Shown: positions 14,004 to 25,883 of the stretch, piece after piece | Position numbering within the stretch: the stretch's first letter is position 1 | Layout of the letters: every line of letters begins with the position of its first letter | Assembly (NCBI GenBank): GCA_951406725.2 | Contig: OX597828.1 | Location: forward strand, 64,914,001-64,978,000 | Origin: Octopus vulgaris | Taxonomy: Eukaryota | DNA length: 64,000 nt | Reading direction: 5' to 3' | Notes under the pieces: model-generated | Seen by the model: the letters and a program-made list of their open reading frames with translations, nothing else | Told to the model about the DNA's origin: nothing | Databases searched by the model: none | Made by a program: the position numbers and the translations under genes

Positions 14004-14438
14004 TATTATATTAAATTAGAGATAAAACCACTATTAGGCAAATCAAACAATGAAAAACGTAAGCCAATACATAAAATTAATTAATTTATATTATTTTAAA
14101 TATATATCAAAAGTATTAAAAGATAATGAGTTCATTGCTAAATATTTCAATTACCTGAAGATTGACTGTAACCATAACTCGAATTATTACGAATTGGACG
14201 GCCATGAAACGATCGTAGTGTTTTACTCATTATCTTTTATTAAACTTTTAATACTTTTGATATATATTTAAAATAATATAAATTAATTAATCTTATGTAT
14301 TGGCTTAAGTTTTTCATTGTTTGATTTGCCTAATAGTGGTTTTATCTCTAATTTAATATAATATAATATTTTACTATAAAATTGGATTCAATCCTAAATC
14401 TGATTTTTCCCTGTAAGTTTGGATTTATTCCCTAATAT
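14004..14438 (+). mobile_element. Asymmetric fold-back element in TA tract with hammerhead in the loop
   Basis: Arms at about 14004-14131 and 14225-14363, tail to 14438; same family as 5765-6153. Confidence 0.8.
14151..14220 (+). ncRNA. Type I minimal hammerhead ribozyme
   Basis: TAC-CTGAAGA-T-TGACTGT...ACGGCCA-T-GAAAC-GATC-GTA-GTG; palindromic ACGATCGT stem III; stem I only 3 bp. Confidence 0.65.
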
Positions 14439-14440
14439 TT

Positions 14441-14520
<80 letters not shown>

Positions 14521-14578
14521 ATATGTATATATATAAATATATATATATATATGTATATGTATATATATATGTGTGTGC

Positions 14579-14623
<45 letters not shown>

Positions 14624-14626
14624 AAT

Positions 14627-14732
14627 ATTTTATTAACAAATTACTAATATGCACCCGGAAAATGCATCAATACCCAGATCACGTACTGATTTTGTTTGGG
14701 ATTGCAATTTTTCTTGAGCTAGTGTAACCTGT
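14627..14732 (-). repeat. Inverted local copy of LINE segment 13006-13111 between TA tracts
   Basis: Reverse complement aligns to 13006-13111 with scattered substitutions. Confidence 0.9.
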
Positions 14733-14761
14733 AGATATATATATATATATATATATATATA

Positions 14762-15088
14762 GTGTCAGACTACGCCGTCGGGAACTTCGGTTCCTAGTAG
14801 GGCCACCCAAGGCGGATTGATCTGACACCGAGTGGTATTAGGGTCACAACCCGGCAGACGGGGCTCTAGTGAAAATCCTCGGAGTGTCTGTTTCGGCAAC
14901 CGGCGGCTCCTCGGTCGTTCTGTCCCTGCGTCTGCGGACAATCTGCGGCAAATAGGATGTCCCTACATGCGGGATTGTTGGGGACCGCTTGTGAAATTCA
15001 CGTATTCCCACGAAACTTCTTCCATGGTAGAAGAAGCAGACTCAACCCGCCCGGGGTGAATGTCACCACAAGTACAAGTAAGTAGTCA

Positions 15089-15091
<3 letters not shown>
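14762..15091 (+). mobile_element. GC-rich structured 330-bp element in TA tract; probable non-autonomous non-LTR (RTE-like) derivative
   Basis: GTGTCAGA/TCTGACAC helix enclosing a GGAAC-TTCG-GTTCC hairpin; an HDV-like fold; CAAGTA-CAAGTA-AGTA end. Confidence 0.55.
14937..15021 (+). ncRNA. HDV-like ribozyme candidate
   Basis: P1 GACAAT/ATTGTT (G1.U), P2 AGGATGT/ACTTCTT, P3 CCC/GGG, L3 TACATGC, GG for P1.1, P4 with a GTGAA/TTCAC hairpin, J4/2 ACGAA (C15011 as C75 equivalent). Confidence 0.6.
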
Positions 15092-15162
<71 letters not shown>

Positions 15163-16399
15163 TTGTATACACATATATATGCATGCATGTGTATATATAT
15201 ATATACATATACGTGCGTTTGTGTGTGTGTATGTGAGGTGCATTGAAGTGTATTTGTTCGTCGGACCAACATTTACACAAACAGAATAAAGTACTCAATA
15301 CGTCAAGACTTAGAATATTTTAGATTCTTTATTAACATGTTTACAGAGTTTATTTTGCTTCAGTTATTTTTTCTAACTGACCCTGTTCACAACTAATGTG
15401 CATTTCAGTGTTAACGATAAACACATAGACGTCTCCTGAAAGAGGGTGGAATCGATGAAACACTACAATTGTCAAAGTGGATGGAGAAGACTAGGTGTGT
15501 GTATAATGGGACATAAACTGGAAGTTTCCTCGCCTTGAGCTACCCCTTACCAGATACAATTTGATCTATGCTCTAATTTGATTAATTAACAAAGATAGTA
15601 TGGGCCCGATAATGCACAAGCACACAGAAATAGGCATGCACGCACACATGCTCTGACTCAACTAGACCTAAAATTAACTTCAATGTACATATTATGTATA
15701 TAACCAGAAACGCAGTAGTGTCCATGCACATTTACCTTAAACACATTATGCGTGTCCCCATATTCATATACATTCAGATGTAAGGGCCACAGTTTCAAAT
15801 ATGTGGACATATATATACACATAAACGACTGCAAAAATACCAAAGTTAAAAGTGCTCACAACCAACACATACATGAATATATATAGATATATGATTATCA
15901 AATACAATGACACACACATATATATATACATACATAAATATACACATACATACACGTATATAGGCACACACAAACATATATATATATGTTATGTGTGTGA
16001 ATGTGTGTGTGTGCGTATATGCACACGAACTCATTGATATAGAAATACATACATAGATATAGATATAAATATAAATGTTGAGTAAGTTCTTAAAAGAAAC
16101 CGAACTTTTGAAACAACGCACCATCCACTTGACGTAGTATGTCAAGGACGTTAGAGTTATGCCCTGCAGAACAAAGTGGTACTAGTGTGAACGTACTTTT
16201 AATGTGCTTGAGGATTAGTCACAAAGTGAACGATGAAGGACCTGTGGAGGTACACGTCAGGATGAAATAGTGATAGAAATATTCAAGCGCAACTTTCTAA
16301 TGTTGTAACAAGTCTATATAGAATATCTCTTGATACGCACACAATGACAAATGTAGTAGCAGTGTTTCAAACCAACAATATTCACTGAAAACTATCCCA

Positions 16400-16870
16400 A
16401 ATATAGACGACCTTCTATGAGAACGTAAGAGGATCAATGTTCAATGTGCAGGATGGGATTCGAGAAAATTGTTGCCGAATTCTACATTTGAGAAAGGCAG
16501 TGCGGAATATAACCGTAGAGTCACGTACAAGCAACACCTGGATGTCTGCAACTCGACAATATACTTGCTTATCCCTTATTTCTGATCCATTACTTTTTGG
16601 CAAAGCTGGAGACGATTCTCAATACCCAACGGTTCTATTCTCCAGATATGGCTCCAATGGACTTATCTTTAATGCCAAACATGGAATCGACCATGACAGG
16701 ACACCAATTTTAGACGAGAGAAAAGGTTGAAAAAAATTTACTAAGAGAAATGCAACTATCCCTAAAACCGACGTCTATGAAACATTCCGAAACAACACAG
16801 ATTCGTTCGTTTCATCGAAAATGGAGAGAAATGTTTTGAAAACGCAATATCCTGCTAAATCTGAGTAGAT
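16400..16870 (+). mobile_element. Decayed mariner transposase C-terminal relic
   Basis: FYSPDMAPMD at about 16633-16662 resembles the mariner YSPDLAPxD motif; boundaries approximate. Confidence 0.5.
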
Positions 16871-17031
16871 ATGACAGGCCATACATACATACATATATAC
16901 ATACATACATACATACATACATACATACATACATACATACATACATACATACATACACACACATACATACATACATACATACATACATACATACATACAT
17001 ACATACATACACACACACACATACATACATA

Positions 17032-17322
17032 CACGACCAGGCTATCAGATGTTGCTACACATCGCTGGTCACAATGCTCTTCACATTGTTTTAGCCTTCA
17101 AATGACGCCACCCCGCTGGCTAAGCGAGCAGGCCAACAGAAGAAAAGGTGGGGGAAGTTGTGGCGAAAGAGTACAGCAGGGATCGCTACCACCCCCTGCC
17201 GGAGCCTCGTGGAGCTTTTAGGTGTTTTCGCTCAATAAACACTCACAACGCCCGGTCTGGGAATCGAAACCGCGATCCTACGACCGCGAGTCCACTGCCC
17301 TAACCACTGCGCTATTGCGCCT

Positions 17323-17324
<2 letters not shown>
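17032..17324 (-). mobile_element. Type B tRNA-derived SINE
   Basis: Reverse-complement homolog of 131-420. Confidence 0.9.
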
Positions 17325-17385
<61 letters not shown>

Positions 17386-18199
17386 CATACATGCACATGT
17401 ATATATATATATATATATATATAATTATGTATTTTAATATAAGTGTTCATTCCCATATAAATGTATACATACATGCAGGAATATGCATACAAGTATTAAA
17501 TATATATTGAAATTGAATGGACAGAGAAATCATCATGGCTACACACATATGTCTTCTTCACCGAAATCGTGACAACACCTACAATATACACTGAAATTAT
17601 AAATTCAATAAGCAGTTACATAAATAATACATAGACTCGTCTTGGCTCGATGTTGCAGTAGATTCAAAACATTACTTTTAAAGACACACAATTTAAAACA
17701 AGTATTTTAAAATTCCTAATAAAATATTTAGGATCAATCTAATGTTTATTGAATTAGAATCTACGTACGTAATTATAAATTGTAATATTGATAGCCAACT
17801 GGAAGGAGATGGTACTGCACAATAAGGAGCGAGGTATATATCCGGAGCCGTGTTGGGCTCACAACTTGAACAATTTTGTCTTTTTGCAGAAGTATCTTGC
17901 ATATCACTTTAGGTATATAGTACAACACTATCAATAAAATAAACCGTTATAAGTCAAAGTATGAAAGCTGTTTGTAGACTGAAAACCAAAACCTTCAATT
18001 CCAAACTTAATCAGGTAAAAAGAGTAATTAACAGCTATAGCTGAGAAATTAAAATGTATATCTACAGAGTTAAACAGAACGCAAATGCAACACAGTATTA
18101 TATAAATATATATTAAAAAAAACTTTCATCAACAAAATTACTTAAAAGTCTTTGAAGATCAGTATGGGAAAGCAACGATAAACTAATGAGAACAGAAAT

Positions 18200-18790
18200 C
18201 CTGCGAGCATGTTGAACAAAATCGATGATGCAGTACTAGAAATATTTCCGAAAATTTACTGAACAGGAAACACCCCCGGTCCTGATATTTGTACAAGATA
18301 TTAGTTCAAGAATCTCAAATTTGATCGGTTAGACGTAATAACACTGTATGAGAAAACTATCAAGGGCATGTTAAACGAACCCACATGGCTATCACCAACC
18401 ACTACCTTTCTCATCTTCCAAAATTGCCAAACCATCCAAGCTAAAACTTACTGACTGCTAAAAAATCATGTGTGAAATGTGCGCTAAGTGTCTCAACCGT
18501 TTTTACAGAATCATTGCACAACAAACAACACTATAACTCTTGAAAAAGTTGGGGATAGAATGGGGCGTAGGCCTATAATAAACACCTACTACTTAATAAA
18601 ATGAAGCTGGAAAATGTTATAAATAAGAGCAGAAACATAACAATGGAGTGGTTTGTCTCACAAAATGACATTAATAATATACCTGTATGGATTATCAAAG
18701 CATTGCAGTTAGTCGAAATCGCGTCACTAATGGCTTCTGTAGTCTATCCGCTAACGAAACACTGGTTTACCTCCCTATTTTTTAGTGGCG
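18200..18790 (+). mobile_element. Decayed non-LTR RT fragment, R2-superfamily (R4/Dong-like)
   Basis: PGPD, EPTWLS, CLNRFLQNHCTTNN, LLLNKM..N, IPVWIIKALQL; resembles early RT motifs with frameshifts. Confidence 0.55.
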
Positions 18791-19708
18791 CATCAATTTT
18801 GATATAGTCCACTACCAAATGTGCAACCTTTCTTTGAGATAGCTTGCCAGTATTGCGCATTTTTCTGCCATACCTGATCACAAATCATATCAATTATAGA
18901 AGAAGGTCCAATAATAACTTTCACGTTTTCTTTGTTGATTACCTCAAACAGAATGGGCCAAACATTTGCCACATCAAAAAGTAACTGAATTTCATAACCC
19001 AACTTTGTGACAAAATTGGCAAGAAATTTAGTGACAGCAAACGAGCATTTATTTATTTATTTATTTATTTATTTTTCTGTCAAAAGATGGGGGAATTGTA
19101 CCCTCCTTACAGACATGAAACACGAGCGAAATAAAGTTATAGCGTTTGCTTTCTCTTCAAAGCTAGAACTGTCTTAGACTGGATGACAATAGCAGCAACG
19201 ATAGCTCTACTAATAAAAGAAACAGGGAATGAAGCCTTTAAGAGGGTTTTTAAAAATATGTTCATCCACAACACATTTACAATACCTATTCTAACGCCTA
19301 TATTTGACCTTCTAAGCAGGTCACTATACACAGACACACATACATAAATACATACATACATACATACATACATACATACATACATACATACATACATACA
19401 TACATACATACATACATGCATACATAACCCGTTCGCATCTTTCTACCAATGTTTCACCTTTACTTGCTACATTACCCGCACGCCACCCCTTCAAATTCCC
19501 TTCGTTTAATTAAGATCAATGATTGATACACAATTTTCTTCACTCATTACGATACCTGCATTGGCTCAAATGCTTGCACAAATTTACACAAGACATAATC
19601 AACAAGGAACTTACATCTTTTCAGTACACTAGTACATACAACCTTTCACTATTCAGAATCATGTCATAATTCCAAACTAGTCTCCAACGGTAACATTAAG
19701 TAGGTTAA

Positions 19709-19928
19709 CCCTTTCGTTACTGTATTTATTTTGAGATGCTCTGAGTTTCTTTCAACTATTTTAAATATAACAAAGAATTTAGTAAAATAACTTACTTATA
19801 ATTAAGCTGGCGTTAGGAACATGAATTGTGAGTAAGATTTGGGGAAGACCTTAATTCAAAACTTTTGAAAACAAGACATTTGTACTACAGAACCAAAGCC
19901 AGTTTCAGCCAGATTGGTAATGAAAGTG
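19709..19928. mobile_element. piggyBac-like MITE with TTAA target site duplication
   Basis: TTAA-CCCTTTCGTTAC ... GTAATGAAAGTG-TTAA. Confidence 0.8.
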
Positions 19929-21163
19929 TTAAATCGATTCTTCATTGTCATCTCCTTTTCTCTCCGAGCGCTTAGTTCTCCCCCTCTCAATATGTTACTG
20001 AAATCTTCAGCATGTTCACCTTTCTTTCTGCTTAGAATTTTCTCACACACTTCAACATGCTTGAATTCCATCTCTTCCTTTAGGTATTGTATCTCTGTAT
20101 CATTTTTCTTCACTTCATCGCAAGTTAATGTTAATTGTAATTTAAGACATGATGTATGTCCTTGACCAGTCGTTGAACGTTCAGATCGTTGCAGGTGCAG
20201 TAATACATGTTCGAATTTCTACTTCTGTCCCTTCTAATTACCAGGTTATTTTTCTTACTTCTAAAATTTCTTTAATGCGCATTGGCTACCGTTACACCTT
20301 CATGAGAGTCATAACGACCTGATCACGCACTAAGTTTTCAGTCACCGGAAGACATTCCCACTTGAGATCATCGGTCGGTAGCAATTGACTGCAGGAAAAT
20401 ATTTCATTCTCTTTTTGTGTGTTTGTGTGTGTCAATAGAATGGTTTCATACAAATCTTATTTCTTCAACTGTAATCTTTTTATTACTCTGCATTATGTCG
20501 ATATATCGATCTGTAGATGGATCTCTCACATTATCAAATCGGTATTCAACAGTTTTCTCTAATCTTTAATTCATTCTTCCTTCGATAGATTGAGGTAATG
20601 TTTGCAAATTCCTACAAGGCAAATACTGGTAACACTGCTGATTATGCGTGCTTAACTTTCAATTCAAGGGTCCATTGCTATATATTCTAAACATCCTCAC
20701 ACAATAATTAGTCTATATTTGAATAAGGACATGAGAGCCAAGACTATTTCGAAAGCTTTATGCCTCACATTCCAGGTTTATAATTAAACGCCAAGAATAT
20801 GTATGCATTCTGCATTGTTTCTTCTAACTACCATGTCCCTTCTGAAGATCACTGAGCTACAAATGTTGAAGTTGAACACTTGTTCAAGAAATTTATATTT
20901 GTCGGAGGACATCCAGGTGCAACGGACAATTGTACCACAGCTTCAATTATAAATGTCGAAACTTCTGCTCCCATTTGTATAAAAGAGCAAAGTGAACATT
21001 CGCTTTTCACACTCTAGCGAGCAAGTTTAAAATGAATGTTCACATCTCCAGCATCTGGAGAGCTTTCGCAAACACACCAACAAATATATCGTTTATTTCA
21101 TATATTTTTCTTTCATCTCATATACACACATTTTCAAACATACACATGCATACACACACGCGC

Positions 21164-21203
<40 letters not shown>

Positions 21204-21516
21204 ACACACACATACACACACACTCACACACTCACACACACAAACACGCACACATACAAATATATATGCGAGTGTACGTGTGCGCATGCGTAGCTCTGCC
21301 TGTGTAAAAGACGTAAAAGGAAAGATTACAGAAGCTCCGAATACGTAGAGTAACCCTTTCAACACTATACATTTGTTTGCACGCATAATTAATTAATCAA
21401 TTAATTAATAACGTATTTTGTCCCCCATCATCACCAGAATCTAAAGTTATATATATATATATTATATATATATGTATATCTATATAGATAGACAGATAGA
21501 CATACAGACAGACATT

Positions 21517-21601
<85 letters not shown>

Positions 21602-21713
21602 AAACGAATGGTTTTTACCTGGTAGGTTCCTGATAAAGCACGTTCACTTTCACAGTGTTCATTATTTTTAGTTAATGAGAGACGGAAGATTGAAGATAAG
21701 AGAATTTTTATTA

Positions 21714-21790
21714 ATCACTACAATTGTTTCGATACATCTAGCATCGATCCCTCACGGGTGGGATGCTGCAAATGTGTCTCTTCGGGTAAT
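21714..21790 (-). ncRNA. Type I hammerhead ribozyme (CCGAAGA core variant)
   Basis: Minus strand: ATTAC-CCGAAGA-GACACAT...ATGTATC-GAAAC-AATT-GTA-GTGAT; palindromic ACAATTGT stem III. Confidence 0.75.
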
Positions 21791-22249
21791 AAATAGATAT
21801 AACCCGTTGAATTAACATTTCCGCAACGTATCCTCTCAGTTCGCGTAAAGAAAAACAGCAAATTAAAGAATATAGCTTCATTTATATAGAAGATCAATAA
21901 TGGAAAAAATAGCAGATATAAAATAAGACACGAACACGCAATACAGCGAAAAAGTATTAAATATAACCGTTAACGGATATGGATGTATGAACGCACACGC
22001 GTAGGCTGTATGGCGTATGTAAACTTGCTCATACAAGCATCCACGAAGATGTAAGCATACGCACGAGTATTGTTTGGCGCACATACATTTACATGGCGAA
22101 TTAAATAGCTATTTCGTGTTTATATGAATGATGAGGTTAGACCTAAATTTAATTCATCCTTAGCTTAAGGTAAATTATCATTATTAACCAGGTTAACAAT
22201 TATCCAATTCATTCTCACTGCATTGTACGAAAGTGTATTTATATGTATG

Positions 22250-22624
22250 CAGGCGCCTTGAGAGTCTTTCGGAAATTGTATAAATGATCTTCTCATTGCT
22301 TCACAGAATAGACTGGGAGTCCTCGGAATAGAGTCAGTATCTCATGGAAAGGATATTATATAGTTTAGCGTACTTTACTTTGGACCCAGTTATCTTAAAC
22401 ATAATTTTATCTTCCTTAAGTCGCTACACAAATTCAACCAAAGATCTTGAATGATTCTTAATGATTTTCTTAAAGCTGGCGACATGGTTGCGATAACGAT
22501 TCTTGAATGTATCAGACGTTGCCCCAACGTAAACATCCGGGCCTGCCTTTGTGTACACGGTACATTGATATACAAGATCACTATTCATACAGAGGTTCAT
22601 CTTGATTTTTCTTTGCATGAACAT
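22250..22624 (-). pseudogene. Penelope GIY-YIG endonuclease domain relic
   Basis: CMNSDLVYQCTV...VYVGATSDTFKNRYRNHVASF...SLVEFV, followed by a stop. Confidence 0.85.
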
Positions 22625-23444
22625 TTATTATATTTATTTGTATATATCGCAGTTCTAATTTCATTTTCCGACGCTGTTATGGTGTTACCTATATCACAAG
22701 CATTGTTATTGTCACGGTTTGACCGTATCTGGTGCTTTTCATTGCGGTTTACATATCCTTTCGTGATATTTTGGTATATATATATATATATATACGTACA
22801 TACATATTAGAAGAAATCTGGATGGTTTTATATTTACAGATATTTTTTAGTATGTTACATGTTTTTATAAATCATATATCATATATCAGCGCTTTCGTCC
22901 ACTCTAGTGGAGTTCTCAAATTGAACTTTTGCAGGAATTTTGAATCTTTTTATAGTATTATTGCGTGTGTAGGGAGGGGATAGATATAAGATAGTGCAAG
23001 AGGGTGAGGAAGAAAGTGAGAGAGAGCGTGTGGGTGTTTGTGTGTAGGTGTTTGTATCTGAAATAAGTGTTAAAGAAAAAAAAAAAGGAAAGAAAGAAGG
23101 AGAGAAAGAATAAAAAAATTTGTTGTTATCTTTGCAGATGATTAGTCTTTCAATAGTAAGTGATTCTTGGCTTTTAGCAATGGCAAACCCAGCTGGTCAC
23201 TCCAAGGGGCGCAAAATGTCACTTTTCAAAAATTGTCTGGATTTCCTTTTTCTCATTGTCTTGTGAGAGAGTGTGTATGTGTATGTGCGCGTGTGTTCGT
23301 GTGTGTGTGTGTGTGTGTGTGTGCTTGTATCTGAAAGAGCGTTAAAGAAAAAGAGAAGGAAAGGAAGAAGGAGAGAAAGAATAAAACATTGGCCGTATCT
23401 GGTGCTTTTCATTGCGGTTTACATCTCCTTCCATGATATTTTGA

Positions 23445-23509
<65 letters not shown>

Positions 23510-24585
23510 GGAAGGAATATATTTCTTGAACAAATCAAAGAAGAAACCGCATTTTAGTACGAATCTAAAAGCATTTCTAGAAACTTATTAATCTATCTGA
23601 CTAACTATATCATCAAAATATCTGATACCAAACAGATAGCAGTCTTCAAAACATTGGTCGAATAATGTATCCTTGGACACAGAGAGGAAGGAGTATTCGT
23701 TTTTATTCAAAGTGAGCAGAGCATTTTACAAAATGTCAACTTAGAAAACAATTACTATATTCTGTGGATTTAACGAATTTTTTTCGCAGCATCTTATAAT
23801 ACACCAAATCAAAGTGATAATACCTTTTCCTTTTTGTCCACCAAGAAGACAGTTAAATGGATTGTCCAGGAATCTGAAGATTGCTATTTGTTCCGCTGTC
23901 ATGTCGGTTATTACGAACCATCCTGAATTTCCAGAATCATGGACAAAGTACAATCAAAATGATAAATGAGAAAGTTAGAGTAGCGACTGAAAATGCATGA
24001 ATTCCAAAGGAATGCAAATAAATACAAATGTACGTGCATGCATGCACATATGTAATCACATGCAAATATGCATACGCATATATACATATACATATATACA
24101 TATACATATATACATATACGTGTATATATACATATACGTGTATATTTATATATATATATATGTACACACAGACACACTACCGTTTCTATAAGTACGTTTT
24201 GCTACATTTTCATAAAGGTTTACTCGTTATACGTCACTGTTATGAAAGCGATACTTGTGAATCTGTTAAGCATTTTGAACTCATAAAAACACGACTCCAT
24301 GAAAAGCGATGAAATATATACAATAAAAGTCAATAATTAGAATTACAATGGAAACGTGATGTCATTTTGATTTTATTGTTTCGTTTTAATATTTTGTTTG
24401 CTTTTTTTTATTTTACTCTTTTATGCTTTCATTGTTTGGTGTAACTGGCTTTTCTATGCAGACGCTAGTGTACATACCAAAAGAGGAATACACATATTCA
24501 TACCTACACACCCACACACACACATACACACACACACACATACACACAGACATACATGTTCATATATGTGTGTATTCTTTTATTC

Positions 24586-25002
24586 TTTTACTCTGTTACT
24601 TCTTTCAGTCATTTGAGTGCGGCCATGCTGGAGCACCGCCTTTAGTCGAGCAAATCGACCCCAGGACTTGTTCTTTATAAACCTAGTACTTATTCTAACT
24701 GTCTCTTTTGCCGAACCGCTAAGTTACCGGGACGCAAACACACCAGCATCGGTTGTCAAGCTATGTTGGGGGGACAAGCACAGACACACAAGCATATACA
24801 CACACACACACACAAGCATATACACACACACACACGAATATATATATGTATATACATATGACGAGCTTCTTCCAGTTTCCGTCTACCAAATCCACTCACA
24901 AGTGTATAGTAGAAGACACTTGCCCAAGGTGCCACTCAGTGAGAATGAACCCGGAACCATGTGGTTGGTAAGCAAGCTACTTACCACAAAGCCACCCCTG
25001 CG

Positions 25003-25004
<2 letters not shown>
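24586..25004 (-). mobile_element. Full-length type K SINE
   Basis: Homologous to 6187-6611. Confidence 0.9.
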
Positions 25005-25047
<43 letters not shown>

Positions 25048-25360
25048 GTATGTATGTATGCATGCATGTATTCGTATTATCATTCTCCATTTTACTTCTA
25101 TTGATATCGATTATTAGACGGAAGCCATGCTGGATTACATCATAAAAGTGTCTAGATGATTTCTGGGATGCTGTAATATACACCTACCTATCTAAATATC
25201 TAAATACATCCACCCATATATGTATGTGTGTATGTATGTATGTATGTATGTATGTACGCACACCTACATACACATATATACACACACATACACGTGTGTG
25301 TCCGTGCGTGCGTGTGTGTATGTATATATATATATATATGTATACGAACATATATAGATT

Positions 25361-25431
<71 letters not shown>

Positions 25432-25829
25432 TGAACGAATATTCCCTGCATAGGTAAACCGTTAGTTTGAGATATTGCTTGGGTGATATTCAAATACAGT
25501 ATTAACTTGAATTTATTTGAAAATCTATGGGAAACCAAAAACAAAGTTTCCTCTATGAGTTTATATAAATTGAGGAAGTAATAAATTCCACAGCTTAAAA
25601 TGTATTTATTAACTTACTTGATATTACTAAACACTTTCTTATTTATGCATATGGACATCAAGTATGTGCATGCGTGTTGTTGTTAATAACCTAGGGTTAT
25701 GAAAAGTTTATCTTGCATAGAGCAACTTAAACTACGAGAGTTTAAGTTGCATACAGTTGTTTCAAAATATTATTGAATAGTACTTAATGTTCTGTACCAC
25801 TATCCATTCATCTATCTATCTATCTATCT

Positions 25830-25883
<54 letters not shown>

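Larger units (their letters stand above)
21598..22700 (-). mobile_element. Penelope-like element 3' end (GIY-YIG relic plus pLTR with hammerhead and tail)
   Basis: GIY-YIG relic followed on the same strand by a hammerhead; the pLTR is homologous to about 33378-33925. Confidence 0.85.

Noticed and set aside
19856-20113. Charged 85-aa ORF as a host exon
   Set aside because: Runs into a piggyBac-like MITE; no recognisable domain or splice support.
20310-20385. Minus-strand CCGATGA...GAAAA hammerhead-like motif
   Set aside because: Stem III and the cleavage triplet cannot be formed canonically.
23560-24010. Possible further GIY-YIG relic on the minus strand
   Set aside because: Resemblance too weak to support without an HMM or BLASTX search.
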